A stretch of DNA of 38,627 nt from IMG/VR virus record IMGVR_UViG_3300009597_000030, positions 1-38,627 of that record. One strand, 5' to 3'. Under the pieces are notes generated by a model. That model was not told the DNA's origin. It ran no database searches and saw only the letters and a program-made list of their open reading frames with translations. The stretch is from a virus (Duplodnaviria; Caudoviricetes). A program made the position numbers and the translations under genes. Below are positions 27,493 through 35,399 of this stretch, piece after piece; the stretch's first letter is position 1, and each line of letters starts with the position of its first letter.

Positions 27493-28875
27493 TCACTGCT
27501 GTTGTGCGCCCTGCAGGCGATCGCCAAGCCCGCCCGCCCGCGCCTCTTCCGGGTGGAGCTGCGAGAGAGCGGCCAGGCCGGCGGCGGAGATGGGCAGGCC
27601 ATACTTCTTCAGGATGGAGATCAGGTTTTCGTCGAAGACCACGTAGTTTGAAGTCTGCCGCTGCACCGACTTGCGAATTACGTCTGCGATCTCGTCGCGC
27701 TCGGTGGTGTTCCAGTCCTTGTAGCCGGTGTCCCGCTGATGCTGGTGGAACGCCTTTACGGCAGCGTCGGCATCATTGCCGTGCGCTTCCAGCCACTTCC
27801 GCGCCTCATCCGTCATAGGGTTCTTGGGAAGGTTCGCGATGTTCACACGCGAGCCTTGGTCGAGGTAGCGGATGCCGGGAATGCCATAATCTTTCAGCTT
27901 CTCGGACGCTCCCTTGGGAGAGTTCGGCACGTCAGCCCTGAACTTGTAATATTGCGAGGCTGGGCTTTTCCAACTTGCCCCCAAATCCCCTGCATCCAGA
28001 AACGGCCCATTGCGCTGCTTCAGGATTTCCTTCACCTGCGGGCTCTGCTGGCTCAGCGGCTTGTCCCAGTCGAGGAAGTGCTCAGGATCGGCGGCGATGT
28101 CGACTTCATACATGCGGCCGGGGTTTTCAACTTCAACGCCCTTAGCCTTGAAGTCCTGAAGCCGTTCAAGCGTTTTACGCGCTGATATTGCCGCTTGCGT
28201 GGCCCCCTCTGCCTCATCCCTTGCAGCGCGTGCCGCCGCCTTCTCAATGGCCAGATCAATAGCGTTGTCTGGCCGTTCCCGCACAGCAGTTCTAATCCAA
28301 TTCAGAGCCTGCTGATCGTAATAGTCAACCTTGCTTTTATCGAGGGACTTTCCGCCAACCTTGACCTTATCGCCGCGCCCAAGGGTTTCACGATACTGTT
28401 TCGCCACCCCCTCGTTCTCCGCGAAATAAAGCCCTGAGCCGTAAGCCTGTGCGCCCTCGCCCGTGCCGATCTTGCTGCTGTCAAAGCGCTCGAAGTCGTG
28501 CGGGCTGCCGTGGTAGGCTTTGATGCCCATCCGCAGCGCATTTGCCTCTGCCGGGATAGCCCCAGCCCCGAGCGTCAACATGCCCGCCGCATTCGCTGTC
28601 CGCTCGGACAGCCTCGGGTCCGTGTGCATCTCACCCGTCTGCGGGTCCGCCGACATGGTGGGCTGCCTGCCCCCATAAACGTCTCCGGCAAGCGTCACCA
28701 GATCGGTGACGCCCTCGACCGCAGGATCGACGACGAGCCCGCCGAACAGCTTCGAGGGCGCCGACAGAATGCGGTTGGCGAGGCTTGCCTTCCACTGGTT
28801 GAGCAGCCTGTCGCCGAGGCCCGGTGCGGGTGGCGGAGGCCCTCCCTGCAGCAAGTCACCAAGCCCGGGCATCAA
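27493..28875 (-). CDS. ADP-ribosyltransferase-like protein (ART-PolyVal-type motifs)
   Basis: AYHGSPHDFERFD.SKIGTGEGAQAYG.GLYFAE...A..Y, MYEVDI, LDWDKPL, GIPGIRYLD and NYVVFD. Confidence 0.75.
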   Translation of the reverse strand: MMPGLGDLLQGGPPPPAPGLGDRLLNQWKASLANRILSAPSKLFGGLVVDPAVEGVTDLVTLAGDVYGGRQPTMSADPQTGEMHTDPRLSERTANAAGMLTLGAGAIPAEANALRMGIKAYHGSPHDFERFDSSKIGTGEGAQAYGSGLYFAENEGVAKQYRETLGRGDKVKVGGKSLDKSKVDYYDQQALNWIRTAVRERPDNAIDLAIEKAAARAARDEAEGATQAAISARKTLERLQDFKAKGVEVENPGRMYEVDIAADPEHFLDWDKPLSQQSPQVKEILKQRNGPFLDAGDLGASWKSPASQYYKFRADVPNSPKGASEKLKDYGIPGIRYLDQGSRVNIANLPKNPMTDEARKWLEAHGNDADAAVKAFHQHQRDTGYKDWNTTERDEIADVIRKSVQRQTSNYVVFDENLISILKKYGLPISAAGLAALSQLHPEEARAGGLGDRLQGAQQQ

Positions 28876-30329
28876 AGCGCCTTGATCGAGTAGTCTTCGC
28901 GCTCACGCTCGGAATAGCCCGTCCCGTCGCCCTTCTTCTCCGGCACCGGCTTCTCCGGCGCCCACGGCCGGCTCATGCAGGCGTAGCGCGCCTCGTCGGC
29001 GACGTGGTCGTTGGCGGTAGTGTCGACGTCCTCGGCGCGCTTTGGATCGTGCGGGAGCACCGGCACGGTGCGGATAAACGCCTTGCACGTCTCAAAGACG
29101 TAGAGCATCGGCACGCCCTCCTTGCCCTTCAGCCGCTGCCGCATTTCGTCCCAGCCGCCCATCGCGCCGGCCCCTGACACGCGCTTGTTGTCGCCGCGCA
29201 GGAAGTGCACGCCGAGGCGCGAGAATATCTCGGCTCTCGATGGACCGCCGTCCTCCGCGAAGATGGCCGGATCGGCCACGCTGTAGGTGAGCTTGTCGCC
29301 GGCATCGCGCTCCAAGATGCCCTTGGCGACCTCCTCGATGGTGAGCTTCAGCCCTTTGTCCCCTGTCGCGCCATACCACTCGCGGTAGCGGACGAGCGCG
29401 CCGCGAGGAATTCCCTTGAACTCATCGCCGCAAACTGCCCACCAGCCTACAGAAAACGGTGCCGCGCTCCCCCAGTCGAAAGCCCTGAACTTCAGCCAGT
29501 CCTTTGGCACAGCGAACGGCGCGACGATGTGCTTTTTCGGATCCCAGCAGTCGAAGAACGCTCCTTCGATAGCGCTCCAGTCGCCCTCCAGCCAGGCCCT
29601 GACCAGCGCCTCGGAGCCGACCATGCGCAGCCGGTCGACGTAGCCGGCGTCCTTGTCGAGCAGCACCGTGTTGTCGGTGATGCGCGCCGGAATGACGGCG
29701 GCCTCGGTCGTGATGCCGGCGCGCTCCACCATGACGCCGTAGGGCTCGCGCTCGAACGGAATGAGCCGGTAGCGCGCCGCGATCCAGTGCTGCCCTGCGC
29801 CGCCCGGGTTGCCGGTGAGGATCATCTGGATCGGCACGCCCTGCGCCGAGCGCATGGTGCCGAACAGCCGATCGATCGGTGCCGGGTCGGGGTATTGCCC
29901 GGCCTCCTCCACCCAGACGTCGGTCAGGTTGCGGCCCTGGTATTCGTCGGCGTCGGCGACCGTGTCGAGGTAGGCGAAGGCGACCCGGCCGCCGTTCGGC
30001 ATGCGCCAGGTGAGCTTGCTTTCGTTGAACTTGCCGCCGAGTGGCGTGTAGATCTGCCGCGAGCGCTCGATCGCGTCCTCGGAGCTGACGGTCGTGCGCC
30101 GGAACATCACGGCGTTGAAGTTCTCGCCGTATGCCGCCTCCTTCAGCGCCCACTTGCCCAAGACCGCGTCGGTTTTGCCGCCTCCCCTCGCCCCGCCCAT
30201 GAACACCTCGCCGCCGGGACAGCGGATGAGGGCGAGCTGCGGCTTCGACTGCGGTCGCCAGATGATGGTGACGGGCGGTGGGGCGGCCCCCCCGGTCAAA
30301 CCAGTCGGAGTGCTGCTTGCGACGGGCAT
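28872..30329 (-). CDS. terL: Terminase large subunit
   Basis: Walker A GGARGGGKT, YQG, VWVEEAGQ (Walker B), LTGNPGG, AFDWG and DHVADEARY. Start position uncertain. Confidence 0.95.
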   Translation of the reverse strand: MPVASSTPTGLTGGAAPPPVTIIWRPQSKPQLALIRCPGGEVFMGGARGGGKTDAVLGKWALKEAAYGENFNAVMFRRTTVSSEDAIERSRQIYTPLGGKFNESKLTWRMPNGGRVAFAYLDTVADADEYQGRNLTDVWVEEAGQYPDPAPIDRLFGTMRSAQGVPIQMILTGNPGGAGQHWIAARYRLIPFEREPYGVMVERAGITTEAAVIPARITDNTVLLDKDAGYVDRLRMVGSEALVRAWLEGDWSAIEGAFFDCWDPKKHIVAPFAVPKDWLKFRAFDWGSAAPFSVGWWAVCGDEFKGIPRGALVRYREWYGATGDKGLKLTIEEVAKGILERDAGDKLTYSVADPAIFAEDGGPSRAEIFSRLGVHFLRGDNKRVSGAGAMGGWDEMRQRLKGKEGVPMLYVFETCKAFIRTVPVLPHDPKRAEDVDTTANDHVADEARYACMSRPWAPEKPVPEKKGDGTGYSEREREDYSIKAL

Positions 30330-30408
30330 TCGGCTGGCTCTCGCTCGGCCGGGAGGGCCAGAAAGCAGTCGTTTTCATGCAGGGCGAGTATAAACCCGGT
30401 GATTGAGG

Positions 30409-30439
30409 CCATTCTGCCCGAAATTTCGGGCATCAATGG
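30409..30439. repeat. Perfect 18-bp palindrome with extended arms
   Basis: TGCCCGAAATTTCGGGCA (30415-30432) flanked by CCATT / AATGG. Confidence 0.7.
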
Positions 30440-30448
30440 TTGCGCTTT

Positions 30449-30625
30449 CTACTTCTTCGGCTGCGCCTCGGGCTCTTCCTCAAGCCCTGCGTCCTTGCGC
30501 GGGTCTTCGGTGGGTGCAGTGCCGCCCGGATGTGCGCCGGGGGAGATGCCGCCACTGGCGGGCACGTAGGTGCCCTCGCGGATGGCTTTCTTGCGCTCTT
30601 CCTCAGTCATTTTGTCATCGGGCAT
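30449..30625 (-). CDS. Small hydrophilic, probably disordered protein between terS and terL (58 aa)
   Basis: AGGAGG RBS. MPDDKMTEEERKKAIREG...EPEAQPKK*. Not in the ORF track. Confidence 0.7.
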   Translation of the reverse strand: MPDDKMTEEERKKAIREGTYVPASGGISPGAHPGGTAPTEDPRKDAGLEEEPEAQPKK

Positions 30626-30635
30626 GGTTTGCCTC

Positions 30636-30950
30636 CTAGCTGTCCAATTGCTTCGGCTTGCCGAACTCGGCCTCCCACTCCGCCATGGTCGGAAGCTCGG
30701 GTGAGACGGCGAAAATCTGCTTCACCTCGCCGAAGTGTTCGATCGAGGCGAGGTCCGGTATGGTCTTGCGCAAAAGCCCAAGCGCGGCAGTAACTTGCGC
30801 AGGAGACAATTCCACCTTACCAAAAATGAATGCGTTCAGCCGATTAAGTATCTGACTTGTTTGAATTTTAGCGCGCGTACGCTCGTCGTGATCAGGATTG
30901 AGACGAACGCCGCGTACGCCTCTTGATCCGGGAGCGTTTCTATTACTCAC
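30636..30950 (-). CDS. Putative terminase small subunit
   Basis: HDERTRAKIQTSQILNRL..FIFGKVELSPAQVTAALGLLRKTIPDLASIE, located upstream of terL. Confidence 0.7.
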   Translation of the reverse strand: MSNRNAPGSRGVRGVRLNPDHDERTRAKIQTSQILNRLNAFIFGKVELSPAQVTAALGLLRKTIPDLASIEHFGEVKQIFAVSPELPTMAEWEAEFGKPKQLDS

Positions 30951-31026
30951 GTTCGTACTCCGTGCAGAGCCAGGCGACGAGGATGACGCAGCCGAGGCTG
31001 ATTGCGGTGATGAGATAGAGTTTCAT
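30943..31026 (-). CDS. 27-aa hydrophobic peptide
   Basis: MKLYLITAISLGCVILVAWLCTEYERE*. ATGA-coupled to the upstream gene and overlapping the terS start. Confidence 0.5.
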   Translation of the reverse strand: MKLYLITAISLGCVILVAWLCTEYERE

Positions 31027-31262
31027 GCGATTACAGGCGCGAGCAATTGAGTGATTTTGAAGCCTGTGCCGATACCGGCGAGGTTGAGGAGGACGGTAAT
31101 GAGGATGAGCACGGCGACGACGACGACGATGACGCGGATGATGGTGGCGACGGGTTCGGGCGGGCCGAGGGCGCCGAGAATGTAGAAGGCGAGCCAGACG
31201 AGCAGTCCGATGACGAGGAGGACGATGATGAGGGAGAAAAGGCTTCCGACTGAGATAGCCAT
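31023..31262 (-). CDS. Small two-TM membrane protein (holin-like candidate)
   Basis: AGGAGG RBS. Two long hydrophobic segments separated by GPPEP. Confidence 0.75.
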   Translation of the reverse strand: MAISVGSLFSLIIVLLVIGLLVWLAFYILGALGPPEPVATIIRVIVVVVAVLILITVLLNLAGIGTGFKITQLLAPVIA

Positions 31263-31271
31263 GCGAGCCTC

Positions 31272-31379
31272 CTAGTCCAGGGTGACGCCGAGGGCCTCGG
31301 CGAGGGTATTGATCTGGTCGCGCAGTTCGACGAGCAGGGCGATGATTGCGTCGAGTTGCTGGCGCGTCTCGATGTCCAT
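31272..31379 (-). CDS. 35-aa coiled-coil peptide
   Basis: AGGAGG RBS. MDIETRQQLDAIIALLVELRDQINTLAEALGVTLD*. Confidence 0.65.
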   Translation of the reverse strand: MDIETRQQLDAIIALLVELRDQINTLAEALGVTLD

Positions 31380-31457
31380 GATCGCCTCCTGTGAACGAAA
31401 GACGCGCCGGCTGCGTTTAGCTTCATCCTGATCCACAGGACCGAGGGAGATGCCCCC

Positions 31458-31607
31458 ATGCCCGTCTATCAAGGCAAGAAGGTTACTGTCGTGCGTGCCG
31501 CCAAGCAGGGCGACAAGGACTTTGATCCGGCGGCACCGAAGAGCGTGATCCAGCTTCCCGACGGCACCCAGAAGACCGTGCCGGAGGCGGAAGTCACCGA
31601 CGAGTAA
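31458..31607 (+). CDS. 49-aa protein, antisense to the late operon
   Basis: AGGGAG RBS. MPVYQGKKVTVVRAAKQGDKDFDPAAPKSVIQLPDGTQKTVPEAEVTDE*, with G/C-ending codons. Not in the ORF track. Confidence 0.7.
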   Translation: MPVYQGKKVTVVRAAKQGDKDFDPAAPKSVIQLPDGTQKTVPEAEVTDE

Positions 31608-31642
31608 AAACCCCTAAATTTGACCGTAGCGACGTTTTGTTA

Positions 31643-31677
31643 GGCTGGAGGCTCCCGAGGAGCCCCCGGCCGTTTTT
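31643..31677 (+). terminator. Intrinsic terminator for 31458..31607
   Basis: GGCTGGAGGCTCC-CGA-GGAGCCCCCGGCC-GTTTTT. Confidence 0.6.
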
Positions 31678-31805
31678 CCGCGCCTGCGCTCATCCTGGTG
31701 CCCGTGCGGGCCATTCTAGGCTCGAGAGCCCCGCCTGCGGTTGGGGCGTGGATGGCAGGGCCCTCGAACACTCCCGGCGCCAGGGAGGATGATGCGCCGG
31801 GTTTT

Positions 31806-31885
31806 GAAAACGCAAAAACCCCGCGGCCCATAGAGGGCGGCGAGGTGTGAGGCTCTATTTCGTCAATTCGCCTGCCCGGTGTCAA
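31806..31885 (-). promoter_or_regulatory. Putative late promoter followed by a leader terminator (pR'/tR'-like)
   Basis: TTGACA at 31885-31880, then hairpin CCTCGCCGCCC-TCTAT-GGGCCGCGGGG-TTTTTGCGTTTT (stem 31845-31819). The -10 box is not clear. Confidence 0.55.
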
Positions 31886-32403
31886 GCCCCTTTTCGCGGC
31901 TGCAGGTGAAAATGCGCGATGAGCGTCGCCAATGCCTTGCGGGCTTCCGGCAGCACCGAGGACGAGGCTTCGTCGCGGCAGAGCCGGTTCAAGGCGCTGA
32001 GCGCCGGCTTGCCGGCCTGCAGGATGGCGGCCTGCGCCGCCTCGAACTTCTCGCGGAACTGCCGCACCCACTCCGGGTCGCGCTCCTGCGCCAGACTGGC
32101 GCCTACCCGCTCCAGGGCCGAGCCGTGCATTTCGCTCGCCAGACCCAGCACCACCCGGCGATTGACCAGCAGGAACCTGCGCCAGCGCTCCACCGCCTCG
32201 ACCTCCAGCTCCGAGAGCTGTCGCAGCGCGTAGAGCTTGCCGGCCTGTGACGCCATCGCCGGATTGGCGCCCATCGCCAGGTATTTGTCTCGCGCCAGGT
32301 GCCATTTGGTGGCAACCGCCGGGTCTTCGCGCTCCGCCCACCAGTCGATGCGCCCCGCCACACGCTGGACGTTTGCCTTGCGCTTGCGCCCTGCCCGCGC
32401 CAT
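31882..32403 (-). CDS. Putative late-transcription regulator (Q-position gene)
   Basis: GGGAG RBS before ATG 32403. Basic N-terminus MARAGRKRK. Last gene before the promoter/terminator leader. Function inferred from position only. Confidence 0.55.
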   Translation of the reverse strand: MARAGRKRKANVQRVAGRIDWWAEREDPAVATKWHLARDKYLAMGANPAMASQAGKLYALRQLSELEVEAVERWRRFLLVNRRVVLGLASEMHGSALERVGASLAQERDPEWVRQFREKFEAAQAAILQAGKPALSALNRLCRDEASSSVLPEARKALATLIAHFHLQPRKGA

Positions 32404-32471
32404 CGAAACTCCCATCTGCCCCCACTGCCCCCTAAGCTGGTTCGCGGCGCCGGGGAACCTATACCGGCGTA

Positions 32472-32702
32472 TCAGTCCATCACCCGCCGCCCGTAGCTGT
32501 CCGTCTTCGATTGCGGCAGGAAATACTTCAGCGCCTTCAGCACTTCCGCGATGGAAGTGTCCACGACAACAGATCCAGCTCCCAAGTAGACGATGCGTGT
32601 ATGGCCCGGCTCATCTAAGTCCGGCGTGAAGAAGCTGATATGCTCAACGTTGATATAAACCGGACTGTCATCGGGCATGGTGAACTGCACAAACTCAGCC
32701 AT
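32472..32702 (-). CDS. Hypothetical protein
   Basis: TAATG-coupled to the helicase, with a GGAGG RBS. Confidence 0.7.
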   Translation of the reverse strand: MAEFVQFTMPDDSPVYINVEHISFFTPDLDEPGHTRIVYLGAGSVVVDTSIAEVLKALKYFLPQSKTDSYGRRVMD

Positions 32703-33613
32703 TACTTGCCTCCCTCCTTAATAGGATTGACTACGCTCTCGAACACCCGGCTTTGCGGGTTAAACCGCACATCCATCGAACACGGATAACCGAGTTCCTC
32801 GAAACGAGCCTTGCGATGGAATACCGTTGCATCGAAAACGCGTTTGCCCTTGTCCCAAGCCTTGTCGCGATGGATCACGAAGCCCTGGTCCGGCATGTTC
32901 CACCAGTGCATGGCTCCTGCCACGTCCTCCAGATCCGGAGGAGCCTCGCGCCGCTGGCCAATGCGCTTCGCCGGGTGCGCGATGATCTGCACATGGCAGC
33001 CGGTGGCTTTCGCGAAAACCGTCACCGAGCGCAGACAGCGAGCCACGTACTCCGGCTCGGTTTCCTTCGACCCGCGCTGGCTTTCCAGGCGGTTCCACGG
33101 ATCGAGCTGGATAACCTTCACGCCCTCGCGCTGCACCGCGATCTCGGCCATGTCGAGAAACCATTCAAGCGTCGGCGTCTCCTCCGGGTGAAGCAGAAAC
33201 CGATAGTGGTCCCGAATGTATTCGTCCGCCTCGCGGAGCTGCCTTTCGGACATCTCGGCCTCACGCTTCCGCGCAAAAAACTCCCGGAGATAGCGCACGT
33301 AGTAGGGATCTGGCGCACACTCGAACGAGGCGATCATCGCCACCAGCCCGTATTTCCCCACGATGTGGTGCCACATCTGGGCGAGCAGATGCGTCTTGCC
33401 GGAACCGGGCAGCCCCGTGGCGATGCTCACCATGCCCGGAGCCAGCGCAACCCCGTGCCAGTCTGGAAACCCTGTCCGCCAAGCCTTGACTAGCTGACGC
33501 TTGGGAAGGTCATCGAGGCGGTAGAGCCCGGCGATGGCCCACGGGTTTTCCCGGCGGATCCGGTGAAACCGGGCGGCGGCCTCGGCATCGTTTTCGAGCG
33601 TGACAACGGTCAT
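32702..33613 (-). CDS. SF4 (DnaB/T7 gp4/Twinkle-like) replicative helicase domain protein
   Basis: TGLPGSGKT Walker A, SFE, IQLDPWN Walker B, IIAHPAK, DVAG..HW.N..D.G and KARF. No primase domain. Confidence 0.88.
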   Translation of the reverse strand: MTVVTLENDAEAAARFHRIRRENPWAIAGLYRLDDLPKRQLVKAWRTGFPDWHGVALAPGMVSIATGLPGSGKTHLLAQMWHHIVGKYGLVAMIASFECAPDPYYVRYLREFFARKREAEMSERQLREADEYIRDHYRFLLHPEETPTLEWFLDMAEIAVQREGVKVIQLDPWNRLESQRGSKETEPEYVARCLRSVTVFAKATGCHVQIIAHPAKRIGQRREAPPDLEDVAGAMHWWNMPDQGFVIHRDKAWDKGKRVFDATVFHRKARFEELGYPCSMDVRFNPQSRVFESVVNPIKEGGK

Positions 33614-33616
33614 CGG

Positions 33617-34438
33617 CTAGAACCCTTTCCGCATGTCTGACATCGGCGGCTCCCGTTCAATCGAACCGTCGTACCTCCCCTCGACTATCCGCACGAAATT
33701 GGCCTCCTTCAGCACGAAGTCGAAGTCCGCGCGCCAGCCGGTTTTGCCCTCGCCGCGCAAGAACGGGCTCGCCGAAACCTTCGCCAGCATTGCTCGCCAG
33801 CCATCAAGGCCATCGGCATCGAGACGAGCCGCCAATTGCCGTTTTCGCGTGCCGGTGAGCTTCAACATGCGAGGCAGCGACCAGCGGTTAGCCAGCTCGT
33901 TCCACGCTTCAATGGCCGTTTTTTCGAGAGCCTTTTTCTCAAGATCCCGAAGGGATCTTTCTTTCCCTGAAGGTAGAAAGTTATCTACCTCTGTCTGGCT
34001 TCTGGGTGGTAGGTCATGTTCAAATGACCCATGGGGTGACCCATGGGGTGACCCATTAGGTCGAAGTTTTTCCTGTGTCGAACCAGTGGGTTGCGCCCAC
34101 CTCGTTTTGGCAGCTTTTCGACACTTATTTGCCTTCTGGCGGTCCTTTGTCATGCGTCGCGAGTAGATGACACCGCCTCTACCGGTCCGGTTATACACGC
34201 CAGCATTTTCGAGTTCGGCTAGTAGCCGCTCGATCTCGAATGGCTGCGCGCTTACCATGCGTGCGAGTATGTCATTACTAACGGGCCGGGTACCTAGGAC
34301 AAGGTAGCCGTATGGATCGGCCTCATGCATGATCATGAGCATCTCGATCCATAGTCCGCGGGCAGGCAACGAGACTGCGCGTAGCCCTTGATCGCCACGC
34401 CAGTCCGTTGGGTAGAACTTCATCCAAGGAGGGCTCAT
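33617..34438 (-). CDS. Phage replication initiator protein
   Basis: PWMKFYPTDW..D.GLR.VSL.ARGLWI.ML..MH N-terminus and C-terminal FLRGE...GWRADFDF.L...NF.RI.EG.Y. Located directly upstream of the helicase. Confidence 0.82.
   Translation of the reverse strand: MSPPWMKFYPTDWRGDQGLRAVSLPARGLWIEMLMIMHEADPYGYLVLGTRPVSNDILARMVSAQPFEIERLLAELENAGVYNRTGRGGVIYSRRMTKDRQKANKCRKAAKTRWAQPTGSTQEKLRPNGSPHGSPHGSFEHDLPPRSQTEVDNFLPSGKERSLRDLEKKALEKTAIEAWNELANRWSLPRMLKLTGTRKRQLAARLDADGLDGWRAMLAKVSASPFLRGEGKTGWRADFDFVLKEANFVRIVEGRYDGSIEREPPMSDMRKGF
34025..34056. repeat. 12-bp tandem repeat (about 2.7 copies), candidate origin iterons
   Basis: TGACCCATGGGG TGACCCATGGGG TGACCCAT in the initiator's central linker. 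Each full unit contains the palindrome CCCATGGG. Confidence 0.65.
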
Positions 34439-34558
34439 TCGCGCACTCCCTGCGTCGCTAGCGCCCGCAACCGGATGCTAGAAACTGTTGACAATCTCTG
34501 TAAAACTGCTTTCCTCACAAGCATTGAGGCCTCGTCCAAGGTATTCAGGCTTCAATCC

Positions 34559-34622
34559 ATCGCGAGGGCTGAACTACTCGCGATACTCATCAGGCCGGGG
34601 CAAGGGAGCGCCCCGGCCTGAT
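34559..34622. repeat. Two inverted repeats in the nuclease-initiator intergenic region
   Basis: ATCGCGAG (34559-66) / CTCGCGAT (34577-84) and perfect 13-bp ATCAGGCCGGGGC (34589-601) / GCCCCGGCCTGAT (34610-22). Confidence 0.65.
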
Positions 34623-34626
34623 ACGC

Positions 34627-35121
34627 TTACGCAACTCGCTTGCGCGTCCGCTCGAGCTTCGACACCACACGCTCCACCGCCGCGCCTATGGGCTCCCAGC
34701 TATCGGAAGCCGGTTCGCTGGAATTGTCCACGGCTACTGTGCCGCGAAGGGCGTTCCACTCGCGGAGTACCTCCTCCGCCTCGCTGATCGAGCGCACCAC
34801 GCGATAGCGCAGCTTCAAGACTGCACATCTCGCCTGAAACGCCTGCTGCGCCGTCGAGAGGCGGCCGTCGGAGTTTTTTATCTCCATGAAGGCGACGGAC
34901 TTGTCGGGCAGCACGAAGCAGAGATCCGCGACGCCCGGAAACACACCCAAGCGAGCGAAGTAGACGCGCGACGAGGGCTTCATCAGTGCCCCGTTCGGGC
35001 AATGAAACCACATCAGCCGCGGGTGCGCGGCGATCGTCAAATACTCCACGATCCCGGCATGGATGGCGTCCTCGCGCGTGGCGCGGAGTGGATGGCCAAA
35101 AAGATCGCGCGGGCGCTTCAT
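34627..35121 (-). CDS. VRR-NUC domain nuclease (resolvase-like)
   Basis: E..IH, FHCPNG, GV.PGVADL, FMEIK..DGRLS..Q..F and VVRS. TAATG-coupled start at 35121. Confidence 0.88.
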   Translation of the reverse strand: MKRPRDLFGHPLRATREDAIHAGIVEYLTIAAHPRLMWFHCPNGALMKPSSRVYFARLGVFPGVADLCFVLPDKSVAFMEIKNSDGRLSTAQQAFQARCAVLKLRYRVVRSISEAEEVLREWNALRGTVAVDNSSEPASDSWEPIGAAVERVVSKLERTRKRVA

Positions 35122-35399
35122 TAGTTCGCCTTCCGAATAGCTTTCCAGATGGCATCGCAAGCCGCTTCAGCTTCGGCCAGGGTCTGGAACGGGCCACCGT
35201 CGACGACGACCTTCGGGTGCCGCGGATCGCGGCAGTAAGTGGCCATGTAGCCTACCCACTGTGCCTTCTCGGCCTCCGTCCAGTCATCCTCTCCCGGCTC
35301 GTGCGAGATGATCCAGGAATAGCCGCCATGCAGAGCGCCCCACAGGCGCATGCCTTCGGGCAGCATTGGATGGCGGGGCAAGGGCTGGAACGGCTTCAT
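35121..35399 (-). CDS. Hypothetical protein
   Basis: 92 aa, coupled at both ends (ATGA and TAATG). Confidence 0.7.
   Translation of the reverse strand: MKPFQPLPRHPMLPEGMRLWGALHGGYSWIISHEPGEDDWTEAEKAQWVGYMATYCRDPRHPKVVVDGGPFQTLAEAEAACDAIWKAIRKAN

Noticed and set aside
29422-30378. 318-aa Arg-rich ORF overlapping terL on the same strand
   Set aside because: Alternate-frame artefact of high GC, with composition typical of an off-frame translation.
4402-30569. Long plus-strand ORFs such as 4402..5472, 8002..8964, 10314..12167, 14243..15223 and 29205..30569
   Set aside because: They are antisense shadows of GC3-rich real genes and have no motifs or RBS.
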